Assembly (NCBI GenBank): GCA_050173015.1
Contig: JBFXLE010000007.1
Location: forward strand, 1-64,000
From: Calditrichaceae bacterium
Lineage (GTDB): Bacteria > Calditrichota > Calditrichia > Calditrichales > JBFXGD01
Direction: 5' to 3'
DNA: 64,000 nt
In this document: in pieces, positions 45,428 through 56,238 of the stretch
How positions within the stretch are numbered: the first letter of the stretch is position 1
How the letters are laid out: every line of letters begins with the position of its first letter
Position numbers and translations under genes: made by a program
The notes under the pieces: model-generated
What the model saw: only the letters and a program-made list of their open reading frames with translations
What the model was told of the DNA's origin: nothing
The model's database searches: none

Positions 45428-47905
45428 TTATAACCTAATTCTCTTCAGCCGGAGACTGTTTGTCACCACTGAAACCGAGCTCATCGCCATAGCGAGCGCG
45501 GCAAATACGGGATTAAACATTATTCCCCACAGTGGATAAAGAGCGCCTGCGGCAACCGGAATCATGATTACATTGTAGGCAAACGCCCAGAATAGATTTT
45601 CTTTTATAACGCGGACTGTTTTCGCGGAAAGCCTGAAAGCCGTGGAGAGGGCCGTCAAATCACCTTTCATCATTATGATATCAGCCGATTCAATCGCTAC
45701 GTCGGTGCCTGTACCAATGGCGATTCCCACATCCGCTCGCGTAAGAGCGACAGCATCATTGATCCCGTCTCCGACCATCGCCACCTTACGGCCTTTCTCC
45801 TGCAACGATTTGATGATATCCTCTTTTCTTTCCGGTGTCCGCTCGGCATAAACCGTATCAATTCCGGCTTCATCGGCTACCGCTTTCGCGGTTCTTTCAT
45901 TGTCCCCGGTTACCATGCTGACATGGATGTTTCTTGTTGTAAAAAATTTGATGATCTCAGGAGCTTCCTCTTTCACCTGATCGGCCACCGCGAGCAGACC
46001 CGCCATTTTTTCATCGATGGCCACAAATACCGGTGTCCACATTTTTTTAGATATGTGATTCAACTGTTCCAGAATGTTTTCTTCAATCGCTATTTTTTTT
46101 CTCCGGATGAATGCGGCGTTTCCGATGTAAATATGTTTTCCATCCACATCACCTTCCATGCCAAAACCCGGTTTTGTTTTAACATTAAGAGCTTCCTGAA
46201 GCTCCAGGTCACGGCTGATCATTTCATCCAATATTGCTTTCGCGATAGGATGATTGGATTGACTTTCCACCGAGGCGGCATACATCAACACCTTGTTTTC
46301 ATCGTAATTAAAAGATGATGTCTGCGCGATTTTCATTTTCCCCGAAGTGATGGTTCCCGTTTTATCCAGTAAGATATCATCAATTTTATGGAAGATTTCC
46401 TGACTTCGGGCATTTTTTATCAGAACACCTTCGCGGGCGCCGCGGCCGGATGCGACCATAATTGCAGTAGGGGTGGCCAGTCCTAAGGCGCAGGGACAGG
46501 CGACTACCACAACGGCTATAAAATTAACCATTGATACTGAAAAAGTATGACCGGTAAGATACCACACTAAAAAAGTTAAAGCCGCTAAAATTAAAACAAC
46601 CGGTACAAAAATCGAAGCGATTCTGTCCGCCAGTTTTTGAATCGGCGGTTTACTTCCCTGCGCTTCCCTTACGAGCTTGATAATTTGCCCGAGCGCGGTG
46701 TCCATTCCCGTTTTGAGTATTCTCATTTTAAAAGGCGAATCCATATTCACCGTGCCACCGAGCAGTAGATCGCCACTGGTTTTATCGACTGGCAGACTTT
46801 CACCCGTAAGCATGGATTCATCAATTCCGGCATTCTCATCGAGCAGGATACCATCCGCCGGGATATGTTCACCGGTTCTTACAAGACAAACCATTCCCGC
46901 GCTCAGTTGAGCGCTGGGTATCTCGTTTATTTCTGAATTTGTAACCTGCAGGGCTATTTTGGGTTGAAGGGATGCCAGATTTTTGATCGACGCGCCTGTC
47001 TGTCCTTTGGCTTTAGCCTCAAGATACCTCCCAAGGAGAATGAATGCAGTAATCATAGCCGCCGTGTCATAATAAACATGATGGGTTTCAACCCCGGGAA
47101 ACAAAGTCAGAAACGCGCTGTAAAAGAACGCGGTTCCCGAACCGATCGCGATCAGTGAATTCATATCCGCCGTGCCGGCCTTTAGAGCCTTCCAGAATCC
47201 CGTAAAAAATTGCCTTCCCGCTCCGAAAAGTACAATCGATGTTAAGACAAGTGAAATATAAAGTCTGACATTTGATTTGACTGTCGTGACAAAGGGGAAT
47301 AGCTCCGGCATGGTAAGCACAAAGACAACCGCCGAGAGGAGCGCGGCAAGAGCAAATTTAATAAGTGTTCTTCGGGCTTTTAGGGACTGGTTATCAACAA
47401 GGATATTCTCGATCTCGGATTTCCCTTGCCCGCTAGTAATGTTTAAACCGAATTTATCCGACAGAATTTTCCCGGCCGCGGTCAGATCAATCGCTCCCGG
47501 AATAAAACTAAGGGTGATGGTTTCATTCGCGGTATTCGCGGTGACATCCAGAACGCCGAACATAGTACCGACAAATTCTTCTATTTTTGCCGCCACCGAA
47601 GGGTCCTGCAACCCGGGGGCCGAAATGATCTCTTTATTCTTCTTGACCTTATAACCTGATTTTTCCACACTTTCGATCAAATCCAGTGTTGAAAGTGCAT
47701 TCGGTTTAAACCCGACCGCCGCCTGCTCGGTCGCAAAATTTACATTTACCGAGGACGCGCCGGGAAGAACGGACAGCCCCTTCTCCACACGAGCCACACA
47801 GGTCGCGCAAGTCATACCTTCAATCGGTATAAGTTTATATATCAGCGAATTGGGATCCGCTTGCATTTTATTCCGGGTATTAGCCATATACTTATGATCC
47901 CGCAT
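45428..47905 (-). CDS. copA: Cu(I)-translocating P1B-type ATPase
   Basis: GMTCATC HMA domain, TGES, CPC, DKTGT, HP, GDGIND, YN and MxxSS Cu+ signature. Confidence 0.9.
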   Translation of the reverse strand: MRDHKYMANTRNKMQADPNSLIYKLIPIEGMTCATCVARVEKGLSVLPGASSVNVNFATEQAAVGFKPNALSTLDLIESVEKSGYKVKKNKEIISAPGLQDPSVAAKIEEFVGTMFGVLDVTANTANETITLSFIPGAIDLTAAGKILSDKFGLNITSGQGKSEIENILVDNQSLKARRTLIKFALAALLSAVVFVLTMPELFPFVTTVKSNVRLYISLVLTSIVLFGAGRQFFTGFWKALKAGTADMNSLIAIGSGTAFFYSAFLTLFPGVETHHVYYDTAAMITAFILLGRYLEAKAKGQTGASIKNLASLQPKIALQVTNSEINEIPSAQLSAGMVCLVRTGEHIPADGILLDENAGIDESMLTGESLPVDKTSGDLLLGGTVNMDSPFKMRILKTGMDTALGQIIKLVREAQGSKPPIQKLADRIASIFVPVVLILAALTFLVWYLTGHTFSVSMVNFIAVVVVACPCALGLATPTAIMVASGRGAREGVLIKNARSQEIFHKIDDILLDKTGTITSGKMKIAQTSSFNYDENKVLMYAASVESQSNHPIAKAILDEMISRDLELQEALNVKTKPGFGMEGDVDGKHIYIGNAAFIRRKKIAIEENILEQLNHISKKMWTPVFVAIDEKMAGLLAVADQVKEEAPEIIKFFTTRNIHVSMVTGDNERTAKAVADEAGIDTVYAERTPERKEDIIKSLQEKGRKVAMVGDGINDAVALTRADVGIAIGTGTDVAIESADIIMMKGDLTALSTAFRLSAKTVRVIKENLFWAFAYNVIMIPVAAGALYPLWGIMFNPVFAALAMAMSSVSVVTNSLRLKRIRL

Positions 47906-47920
47906 AGTTGGATTAAAAAA

Positions 47921-48196
47921 TTATCTTTCGAGAAAATCTTTAATTTTCTTTATCAGCAATTCTTCAGGCTCGAGTATAAATTGTGCCGGGCCATAATGGC
48001 TTCTGATATTTTGTTCCGCCCAGTCCAGCGCCAATTCTAGTTCCACCCTTCCCAAAACCAATCCGGCGCCTGTGACAGGGTGACTGATCCTTTTCAGGAG
48101 AGCCTCTTCTTGCGGCATGGGAATGCCATGTTTTTTCAGCGCGTTCTCGCTCCAGCCGCGCACAATATCGACTTCTGATGGCAAGAGACGAAACAT
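47921..48196 (-). CDS. Small hypothetical protein
   Basis: 91-aa ORF packed tightly between the methyltransferase and copA in the same orientation. Confidence 0.6.
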   Translation of the reverse strand: MFRLLPSEVDIVRGWSENALKKHGIPMPQEEALLKRISHPVTGAGLVLGRVELELALDWAEQNIRSHYGPAQFILEPEELLIKKIKDFLER

Positions 48197-48208
48197 ACGA
48201 CTATCCCG

Positions 48209-48934
48209 TCAGTCTTTTTTAATCATATATATGGATACCGCTATCTGTTGATTCCCCTGCCGCACCGAATCCCTGATTTCATCATAAACATAACCGGCTT
48301 CCCGCAGCATTTTAAAAAATTCTTTCGCGATATTGCGGTTCGGTTCGGCGATAATTATAAGGCCTCCCGGCTCAAGGAACTTTCCCAGAAGACTGATAAC
48401 CGGATGAAAAAATCTTTTCTCATAAAGAATATCGGATGCTATGATCACATCAAACAGCCGGTCAAGTTCCGGTTGCCGCCAATCGAGAATTCTCGTTTCC
48501 GGTAAAGATAATTTATTTAACTTAAAATTTCGAAGGGACATTTCCAATGCCGGTTGTTCATAATCCGTCAACAACAGTGAAGCGGGATTCTGCAACGCGA
48601 TAAAGAGAGAGGATAATCCCAGACCACATCCTAATTCCAAAACCGATTTGGTGCTGATCAACGCGGGATGAGCGGCAATAAAACGACTGATGGCAATCGC
48701 GGATGGCCAAAGCTCCGCCCAATAGGGCAACCGCTCATCCTCGTTAAAAAGGTCATCGCTCACCTGATCAACCAGATCATCGAGATTCTTGACGCGCTCA
48801 ATCACAACCTTCTGATCATTTATCCGAAACTCCTCGGTCACGAGATCCATATCAAAGGGAGAATTTGTCAGCCTTTTTTTTGTTTCCAAAAATATTTTCT
48901 CCTGATAATTATATTGATTTAATAACAGGCGCAT
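48209..48934 (-). CDS. Class I SAM-dependent methyltransferase (Methyltransf_16-like)
   Basis: PYWAELWPSA, VLELGCGLG, LDW, IIASDILYE; the start could be 48850. Confidence 0.85.
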   Translation of the reverse strand: MRLLLNQYNYQEKIFLETKKRLTNSPFDMDLVTEEFRINDQKVVIERVKNLDDLVDQVSDDLFNEDERLPYWAELWPSAIAISRFIAAHPALISTKSVLELGCGLGLSSLFIALQNPASLLLTDYEQPALEMSLRNFKLNKLSLPETRILDWRQPELDRLFDVIIASDILYEKRFFHPVISLLGKFLEPGGLIIIAEPNRNIAKEFFKMLREAGYVYDEIRDSVRQGNQQIAVSIYMIKKD

Positions 48935-48996
48935 AGGGTATGCGCATATAAACCGATTAAATGGCGGATTCAGTTCTTCCGGGAATAATCATTTTA

Positions 48997-50133
48997 TTAA
49001 GGATGATGATTATCCAAAAAATGAGCTACCGCTTCAGCCGCCCTTTTAGATGCTCCGGGCTCCCCTAATTTATCTCTTACGACTTTGAGAGTTTCGCGGA
49101 TTTGTGAATTTTGTTCCTGATCCAGCATTTGCGCGACATGTTCCGCTGCCTTCTGCGGCGTAAAATCCTTTTGAATCAATTCAACCGCGACCGGAGATTC
49201 GGCCACGATATTCGCCAAACCGATATAATCTATTTTAACAAGCATGCGTCCCAGCCAGTAGGTAATTGGATTTACATGATAAACGATCAGCATGGGCACG
49301 CCATAGTAAGCCGTTTCTAAAGTTGCTGTCCCCGACGCTACGATCACGGCATCAAACCGCTGAAGACATTGCTCAATCGGTTCTTCAACAATTTTTATAA
49401 AAGTATCTGTCTCCACGAGATGATCGGCGTACATTTGCTTTGGCAGATGCTTCACTTTTACTATCTCTGCCGTTTTAATCTGATTGTTTTTATACAAAAT
49501 TCTCGCGGTTTCAATCATTTTGGGTAAAAGGGAAGCCACTTCCTGCCTACGGCTCCCCGGGAGTAAACCAAATACAATATTATTCGCGTCAATTTTTTTA
49601 GATTCATTCGGAATATACGCGGAGTGTTTGTCAACTAAAGGATGACCGACATATTCCGCGTCAATCTGATACTGTTCATAAAATTTTTGTTCAAACGGAA
49701 AAAGTACAACCATCCGGTCCACATATTTTCGGATTTTATCGATTCTGCCCTTACCCCACGCCCATAATTGCGGACTGATGTAGTAAATAACGGGAATTCC
49801 TAATTTTTTTAATGATTTTGCGATTTTTAAGTTGAACCCCGGATAATCTATCAGAATAGCGCAAACAGGACGTTCGCGTTCCGCCCAGTCAATTAAGGTA
49901 CTATGCACCTTCCTGATAAACGGCAGATGTCTAATGACTTCACCAACTCCCAGGAATGCCATGTCTTTAACGTGAAAAAGAAGCTGCATCCCTTCATTTT
50001 CCAGCATATCACCACCGATCCCGGAGATCTGAAGCCCGGATTTTAGTTTCTTTAGTTCTTTGATAAGCGCCGCGGCGTGGTGGTCACCTGAGACTTCACC
50101 CGTTACAAGAAGAATTTTTTCCATTTGATCCAT
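48997..50133 (-). CDS. lpxB: Lipid-A-disaccharide synthase
   Basis: GEVSGD, IDYPGFN, SPQLWAW, LFPFE, VGHPL, LPGSR, SGTATLE. Confidence 0.95.
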   Translation of the reverse strand: MDQMEKILLVTGEVSGDHHAAALIKELKKLKSGLQISGIGGDMLENEGMQLLFHVKDMAFLGVGEVIRHLPFIRKVHSTLIDWAERERPVCAILIDYPGFNLKIAKSLKKLGIPVIYYISPQLWAWGKGRIDKIRKYVDRMVVLFPFEQKFYEQYQIDAEYVGHPLVDKHSAYIPNESKKIDANNIVFGLLPGSRRQEVASLLPKMIETARILYKNNQIKTAEIVKVKHLPKQMYADHLVETDTFIKIVEEPIEQCLQRFDAVIVASGTATLETAYYGVPMLIVYHVNPITYWLGRMLVKIDYIGLANIVAESPVAVELIQKDFTPQKAAEHVAQMLDQEQNSQIRETLKVVRDKLGEPGASKRAAEAVAHFLDNHHP

Positions 50134-50322
50134 ACAATCCTGATATAATGAACTTTTTCAGTATAAAAATCACGAGCAAAATTAGAATAAAAATGCGCGT
50201 GAATCAATTATTCTGTGATAAAACCGGGGTAAACCGCGGAAAAATTTTTCAGTTTGAAATATTGGATATAAAAGCCACAGTTCGAGATATCCCTAAATCT
50301 CTGAGGTAAATAAGTTATAAAC

Positions 50323-50349
50323 AAAAAAGCGGCCGTTTCTGACCGCTTT
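50323..50349 (-). terminator. Rho-independent terminator of the lemA-TPM operon
   Basis: Minus strand AAAGCGGTC-agaaac-GGCCGCTTTTTT. Confidence 0.75.
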
Positions 50350-50364
50350 ATTTGCTGATTAATT

Positions 50365-50802
50365 TTATTCACCGATTGAAATATCATCCGGTAACTCATT
50401 GACATCATCATCCTGGTAGGGAAAATATTCCTTTAATTTTTCACCGACCTTCAATGTGCCGATAACGATACCTTCCGCGAATTGTCCTTTTGAAAAATGT
50501 TCACGCATCTCATCTTTAACATCTCTCCAAAAGTTTTCCGTTACTATTTCATTAATTCCCTCATCACCATAAATGGCAAATTTTTTATCTTTTACCGCGA
50601 GATAAATTAAAGTACCGTTTCGTAACTGTGTCTCATGCATCTTTAATTTTTGAAAGACTTTTACCGCCCGCTCAAGCGCGTCACCCTTGCATCCCGATTC
50701 AAGGTGAATTCGAATTTCACCCGAAGTCTCATTTTCCGCTTCTTTGATGGCCTGAATGATTTTCTCTTTCTGTTCTTTCGTAAAAAAATTTTTCACATTC
50801 AT
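50365..50802 (-). CDS. TPM domain protein
   Basis: AIKEAENETSGEIR, RNGTLIY, NELPD; typical third gene of the lemA cluster. Confidence 0.88.
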   Translation of the reverse strand: MNVKNFFTKEQKEKIIQAIKEAENETSGEIRIHLESGCKGDALERAVKVFQKLKMHETQLRNGTLIYLAVKDKKFAIYGDEGINEIVTENFWRDVKDEMREHFSKGQFAEGIVIGTLKVGEKLKEYFPYQDDDVNELPDDISIGE

Positions 50803-50840
50803 ATTTTAATCCCGTGTTTACCTTTATTCATACTGCCGCA

Positions 50841-51614
50841 TTACCAGCTGCCGCTCGCGCCCCCGCCGCCGGACATTCCTCCGAATCCGCCTCCGAAACC
50901 TCCGCCGCCGCCGCCAAATCCTCCACCGGAAGAACCACCACCGAATCCGCCAAAAATGATAGGTCCGCCAAACCCGGAACCTCTTCTCCGTGATCCGTAT
51001 CCCGTAGATCCGCCGCCGCCAAAAAATTTAGATATCAGCATCACCAAAATGAATAAAATGATATAGTAAGTGAAATTCCCGCCTTTGTTTTTATTTTTTG
51101 ATTTGACCGGGATCTGATATTTCCCTTCCGCGGCCGGTATTAAAACAGAAAGGGCGGCCTCGATACCATGATAATAATCACCCTGTCTGAAATACGGCGC
51201 CATATAATCACGGATAACCGTCCCCGACTGAGCATCTGTGATAACATCCTCAAGACCATAGCCGACCTCGATCCGGACTTTCCTGTCATTTATAAAAATG
51301 ACCATTATCACCCCGTTGTCCTGTTCAGCCAGGCCGGGTTTCCATTTATCATACAATTTTAAAGCAAAATCTTCCAGATAGGTATTCTCCGGCATGGACT
51401 CAAAAATCGCTACGAAGATCTGGTTAGAGGAACGCTGTTCGAGTCCCTGAAGCATTCCGGTCAATGTCTGCTTCTCGGATGCTGACAATACATTGGCATA
51501 ATCGTTAACCCAAGACTGCGGCTTTTCCGGAAGCACATCCTGCGCGAAAAGCCCGCTGAATAAAAATATGGTAAAGAACAATAATTTTAGATTTCGAAAC
51601 ATCATATAATCCAT
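50841..51614 (-). CDS. TPM domain (YgcG-like) membrane protein with Gly-rich tail
   Basis: VNDYANVLS, DNGV, RIEVGYGLE, TM helix, GGGGASGSW terminus. Confidence 0.9.
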   Translation of the reverse strand: MDYMMFRNLKLLFFTIFLFSGLFAQDVLPEKPQSWVNDYANVLSASEKQTLTGMLQGLEQRSSNQIFVAIFESMPENTYLEDFALKLYDKWKPGLAEQDNGVIMVIFINDRKVRIEVGYGLEDVITDAQSGTVIRDYMAPYFRQGDYYHGIEAALSVLIPAAEGKYQIPVKSKNKNKGGNFTYYIILFILVMLISKFFGGGGSTGYGSRRRGSGFGGPIIFGGFGGGSSGGGFGGGGGGFGGGFGGMSGGGGASGSW

Positions 51615-51626
51615 TTTTATGATATG

Positions 51627-52223
51627 TTAAAATTGAATTTTCGGCGCGTTTTCGCTTCCCGCATCCGCCTGAAAATATACTTTTTGCTGAAAACCAAACA
51701 TTCCCGCCAACATCACCGCCGGGAATTTACGAATGGATGTATTGTAGCCCTGAACCGATTCATTAAAACGGCCGCGCTCTACCGAGATTCGATTTTCGGT
51801 GCCTTCCAACTGAGTCTGCAGATCCGCGAACCGCTGATCGGCCTTCAAATCGGGATATCGTTCAACTACCACCATCAACCGCTGTAAGGCTGAAGTCAAT
51901 GCCCCCTGCGCCTGCTGAAACTGGGCAAAAGCCTGTGGATTATTCAATACTTCCGGACCGATATTAATCTGACCACCAACTTTTGAACGGGCGTTAACAA
52001 CCGCTTCAAGGGTCTCGCGTTCATGACTCGCGTATCCTTTCACGATTTCCACAAGATTCGGGATCAAATCAGCCCGCCGCTGATAGACATTTTCAACCTG
52101 TGCCCATTTTTGATTCACGTTTTCTTCCAGCGTAACAAAATTATTGTAATAACCTTTCAGCGAAGTAAAAAGAAAAATTACCACTAAAACTATAACGCCG
52201 ATAATAATCCACGACTTCTTCAT
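51627..52223 (-). CDS. lemA: LemA family protein
   Basis: YQRRADLIPNLV, YPDLKA, LEGTENRI. Confidence 0.93.
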   Translation of the reverse strand: MKKSWIIIGVIVLVVIFLFTSLKGYYNNFVTLEENVNQKWAQVENVYQRRADLIPNLVEIVKGYASHERETLEAVVNARSKVGGQINIGPEVLNNPQAFAQFQQAQGALTSALQRLMVVVERYPDLKADQRFADLQTQLEGTENRISVERGRFNESVQGYNTSIRKFPAVMLAGMFGFQQKVYFQADAGSENAPKIQF

Positions 52224-52360
52224 TTGGCCTCCAAAAGAATTAACTTGAACTGTATTGTTAAGTAATATAGAAAATTAGTGTAAATCCCGCCTGAATTAAA
52301 TTTAGTCAGAAGGATCCAAACAACGGTTCCACTTTTTAATCAACCACTATTTTGAATTTT

Positions 52361-53194
52361 TCAACTATAGAATATCGCTGACAAATATCCGACCACCTCA
52401 GATTTCTGGCCGGTAACATCACCCGAGTTCCTGTAAATCAGCACCTTTGATGATTTCGCGCCGAGATTCCTGCAAATCATCATGGTCGCCATTACCGGTC
52501 CGCCGCCGCACATTTCACAGGAATTCCTGAGCAGGTTCTCATTAAGTTTTTCCGCGTCGAATTCGTTGATATTATCGACCACCACATTGTCAATCATGGC
52601 CGCGCGATCATAATGATGATAATGCGAAAGATCCGAACTGGCCACGACAAGCGCTTTTTTGCCTTGCAGGACTTTGCTTAGCGCTTCCGCGAGCAGCTTT
52701 ACATTCCCCATGTCCTGATTTCCCATGACAACCGGAACCAGTTTAAACTCACCCAAAACCTGCTGAAGAAAAGGAAGCTGGACTTCCAGCGCGTGTTCAT
52801 CGATCTCGTGACCAATATCCGAATAGATAATGGAAGAATGCATTTCCGCGATTTCGGACGCTAATTTCCGGTCAACCGGAATATCACCCAGCGGAGTACT
52901 GTACCCGTAACCATTGTAAACCGATACTTCTTCAAAATATGTTCTGTGACTCGGCGCGATGACCACAACAACATCAAATTCCCGATCCACTAATTGTCTG
53001 TACGCTCTTGCCGCTACACCACCCGAATACATGTATCCCGCATGGGGCGCGACCAATCCGTAAATCTGATTCACATCTTTGACCGCGGGTGAATTCTCCA
53101 GATATACAGCCACTTCACGTTCGAGCGTGCTCTTTTGCTTTGAATAAAACAAACCGGCAACGGCTGGCTGCCTGATTTTATTACTTTTTTCCAT
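52361..53194 (-). CDS. amrB: AmmeMemoRadiSam system protein B (MEMO1 family)
   Basis: RQPAVAGLFY, PHAGYMYSG, PSH, EHALEVQLPFLQ, SSDLSHY, MCG, VVGY. Confidence 0.92.
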   Translation of the reverse strand: MEKSNKIRQPAVAGLFYSKQKSTLEREVAVYLENSPAVKDVNQIYGLVAPHAGYMYSGGVAARAYRQLVDREFDVVVVIAPSHRTYFEEVSVYNGYGYSTPLGDIPVDRKLASEIAEMHSSIIYSDIGHEIDEHALEVQLPFLQQVLGEFKLVPVVMGNQDMGNVKLLAEALSKVLQGKKALVVASSDLSHYHHYDRAAMIDNVVVDNINEFDAEKLNENLLRNSCEMCGGGPVMATMMICRNLGAKSSKVLIYRNSGDVTGQKSEVVGYLSAIFYS

Positions 53195-53509
53195 GTGACC
53201 CGACCTGACTGTCTTTGTTTTTGTAAGACATTAATAAATGAATAGGTTAGATCAAAATTTCTATCTGATCGATAATAACATAATGAGACCACTATCGCAA
53301 TATCAATATATAAATATTCCGAATGAGCGTAAACCAAACGGCAAGCGGATTTGTTCCATTTATCAGCGGTGGATGGAAATTATGCTGTTTCTCCGGGCGC
53401 GCGCTTAGGCGCGCTCCCCACGAGGATTAAAAGATCATATTTATTGGTTCATACTTGTCCTGAGCCGGAAACATGATTAAAATGGGCATAGTCTAAAAAC
53501 AGATGGAAT

Positions 53510-54631
53510 ATGAAAGAATTTTCCCACAGACAGAAAATTATCGTTATCGCGCTGATTATTATTCTGATAACCTCCGCGCATTATACAATGAGTCATGCGG
53601 TTGTTTATCTTCATGATATTTCCAGGAGAATGTACTATCTGCCGATTATCCTCGCCAGTTATTGGTTTGGGAAAAAAGGGGGGATTTATTCGGCCGCGTC
53701 TGTCACCATTTTATATTTTCCACACGCTTTATTTTCATGGTACGGCAGAAATCCGCGCTATCTCGACAACATGATCGAAATTGTATTCTTTAATATTGTC
53801 GGCTACATGATCGGCACCTACATAGAAAGAAAAAACGATCAGAAAAGATCGGCAGAGAAAAGCGCGCGCGAACTTCAGGAAGCCTACTCCCTTTTACAGA
53901 ATAACACGGAAAAAATCATTCAACTCGAAGACGAATTACGGTTTGCCGATCGTCTCTCTATTCTGGGAGAACTCTCCGCGAGCCTTGCCCATGAAGTGAG
54001 AAATCCGCTGGGAAGCATTCAGGGAGCCACGGAAATCCTTCAAAAAAAGATATCCGAAAATGAACCGGAATATGAATTTATCAAAATCCAGCTTGACGAA
54101 ATCAAACGTCTGGACAAAGTGGTTGAGAATTACCTGAGTCTGACCCAAAGAGATCAAAAAGCATACATAAAGGTAAATCTTATCGACTTAGTTTCTAATT
54201 CAATGGCCCTGGTACGCGTATCAGCCGGTTCACGTAATGTCAGTCTCACCACTGAATTCCCGGATGAAAAGCAGATTTTTGTTCATGGCGATCCTGTTCA
54301 AATCCAACAGGCGCTGCTTAATGTGGCGCTTAACGCGATTTATGCCGTGTCTGATGGGGGCTCTCTCAAGTGTGAAATATTGCTAAACATGGAAGATGAT
54401 CATGTGGTCGTGGTAATTACGGATTCGGGTCCCGGAGTATTAAAGGAGATTGAAGAAAATATTTTCGATCCGTTCTTTTCAACAAAAGAAGACGGAACCG
54501 GCCTCGGGCTCGCGATAGTCAAACGGATTATGACTCAGCATGGAGGAAATGTCTGGTTTAACAATCAGACGGAAGGCGCCTCTTTCTTTCTCCGGTTTCC
54601 CATCTGGAAACCCGAACAGTCGCGGGAATGA
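53510..54631 (+). CDS. Membrane sensor histidine kinase
   Basis: Four N-terminal TM segments with little periplasmic domain; LAHEVRNPL H-box; N, DSGPG and GTGLGL boxes. Confidence 0.93.
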   Translation: MKEFSHRQKIIVIALIIILITSAHYTMSHAVVYLHDISRRMYYLPIILASYWFGKKGGIYSAASVTILYFPHALFSWYGRNPRYLDNMIEIVFFNIVGYMIGTYIERKNDQKRSAEKSARELQEAYSLLQNNTEKIIQLEDELRFADRLSILGELSASLAHEVRNPLGSIQGATEILQKKISENEPEYEFIKIQLDEIKRLDKVVENYLSLTQRDQKAYIKVNLIDLVSNSMALVRVSAGSRNVSLTTEFPDEKQIFVHGDPVQIQQALLNVALNAIYAVSDGGSLKCEILLNMEDDHVVVVITDSGPGVLKEIEENIFDPFFSTKEDGTGLGLAIVKRIMTQHGGNVWFNNQTEGASFFLRFPIWKPEQSRE

Positions 54632-54659
54632 TCTAAAAATTTACAGGACAAATATCATC

Positions 54660-56009
54660 ATGAAGTTTACCATTCTGCTTGCCGATGACGACACGAATCT
54701 GCTACGGGTGACCGAATATCAGCTGGAAGACGCGGGGTTCAATGTGCTGACCGCGTCTGACGGCGAATCCGCCTATAATTTATATCATTCTCAATCGGCT
54801 GACCTGGTTTTAACCGATCTCAATATGCCCGGAATGGACGGACTGGAGCTTATAAAAAAAATCCGTATTACAGATACAAGAACCCCCATAATCGTGATAA
54901 CCGCATACGGCTCTATCGATAATGCCATAAAATCAACTCAATTCGGCGCCGATGACTACATCACAAAACCATTCAGTTTTGAAGCCCTTAAGTTTTCAAT
55001 CGATAAAAATCTGCAAATCAAAAAAATCAGCACAGAGAACGAGAATCTTAAACAACGCCTTTCCGACAAATACACACCGGAAAACATGATAGGACAAAGC
55101 CCGGGGATGAAAGCCGTCTTTGAAATGGTAGATAAAGTTTCCAACAGTGACGCCAATGTGATTATACTTGGTGAAAGCGGCACGGGAAAAGAACTGGTCG
55201 CCAGGGCTATACACAATAAAAGTCCCCGGAGCGGTCATCCATTTGTCGCGGTAAATTGCGCGTCCATTCCTCATAATCTGATGGAGAGCGAGTTGTTTGG
55301 ACATGTAAGAGGCGCGTTTACCGGGGCCATAAAAGATACAATGGGCAAATTCGAAGCCGCCAACCGCGGCACACTTTTCCTTGATGAGATTGGCGATCTT
55401 GATATTGATCTTCAGTCAAAACTTTTGCGAGTACTGCAGGACAGGGAAATACAACGGATCGGAGATGCCCAGACCCGTAAAATAGATGTACGCATATTGT
55501 CGGCAACGCACCGAAATCTGGATGACATGGTTGCCGGAGGCGAATTCCGGCAAGATCTGTTTTTCAGATTGAATGTTGTCCCGCTTACCATTCCTCCCTT
55601 ACGGGAACGCAAGGAAGATATTCCCTTATTAATTCATCATTTCATCCAGGGTTTGGAACCTTCCAAAAAAATCACCATTTCCGATCAGGCAATCAAAGGA
55701 CTTGTCAATTATCAGTGGCCCGGAAATATCAGAGAACTCGAAAATCTGATGGAGCGCTTTTCAATCCTGTTTCCGGGAAAAGAGATACAAACCGGACAGA
55801 TTCCATTTATCGCCAAAAGTTACCGCGCGGATGAAAACTCCATTACAATTCCTTTTACCGATGATGGGATCGCTCTTGATGAAATTGAAAGAATGGTCAT
55901 CATCGAAGCGCTGAAACGAAACGATAATAACCAGACAAAAACAGCATCATTCCTGAAAATCCCCCGCCATGTTCTGATTTATCGGATAAAAAAGCTAAAT
56001 ATAAAATGA
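54660..56009 (+). CDS. sigma54-dependent response regulator (NtrC/ZraR family), cognate of the upstream kinase
   Basis: Start at ATG 54660 ([11 protein letters not shown]); [30 protein letters not shown]. Confidence 0.93.
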   Translation: MKFTILLADDDTNLLRVTEYQLEDAGFNVLTASDGESAYNLYHSQSADLVLTDLNMPGMDGLELIKKIRITDTRTPIIVITAYGSIDNAIKSTQFGADDYITKPFSFEALKFSIDKNLQIKKISTENENLKQRLSDKYTPENMIGQSPGMKAVFEMVDKVSNSDANVIILGESGTGKELVARAIHNKSPRSGHPFVAVNCASIPHNLMESELFGHVRGAFTGAIKDTMGKFEAANRGTLFLDEIGDLDIDLQSKLLRVLQDREIQRIGDAQTRKIDVRILSATHRNLDDMVAGGEFRQDLFFRLNVVPLTIPPLRERKEDIPLLIHHFIQGLEPSKKITISDQAIKGLVNYQWPGNIRELENLMERFSILFPGKEIQTGQIPFIAKSYRADENSITIPFTDDGIALDEIERMVIIEALKRNDNNQTKTASFLKIPRHVLIYRIKKLNIK

Positions 56010-56097
56010 ACACGATTACCCGCTTCACTTCCCCCGCCGGTGATTTTTAACCTGTTTTGAACATCCGCCGTGAGTTGATGACTATTCTCCAGTTTTA

Positions 56098-56115
56098 TTG
56101 TACAATATTCTACAA
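56098..56115. promoter_or_regulatory. Putative enhancer (UAS) palindrome for the efflux operon
   Basis: TTGTA-c-AATATT-c-TACAA about 95 nt upstream of the -24 element. Confidence 0.4.
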
Positions 56116-56210
56116 ATCCGCGCATACTTATTAAAAACCATTTCTGCCTTAAATTGCTAATCAAATGTTTTTATTACACTTGCCATTCGGGTTATCCAAA
56201 GAATTATGAC

Positions 56211-56226
56211 TGGCATCATTCTTGAA
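56211..56226 (+). promoter_or_regulatory. Putative sigma54 promoter of the metal-efflux operon
   Basis: TGGCAT-CATTC-TTGAA (GA variant at -12) directly downstream of a sigma54 activator gene. Confidence 0.55.
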
Positions 56227-56238
56227 ATAGTAATCAGT

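Noticed and set aside
50845-51020. CCG-rich low-complexity repeat
   Set aside because: It encodes the normal Gly-rich tail of the TPM protein; the Pro-rich + strand ORF 50650..51066 is its shadow.
53071-53337. 88-aa ORF upstream of and overlapping amrB
   Set aside because: TTG start, out-of-frame overlap with amrB and no recognisable motif.
54540-54659. N-terminal extension of the response regulator
   Set aside because: It overlaps the kinase C-terminus; the receiver domain begins at ATG 54660.
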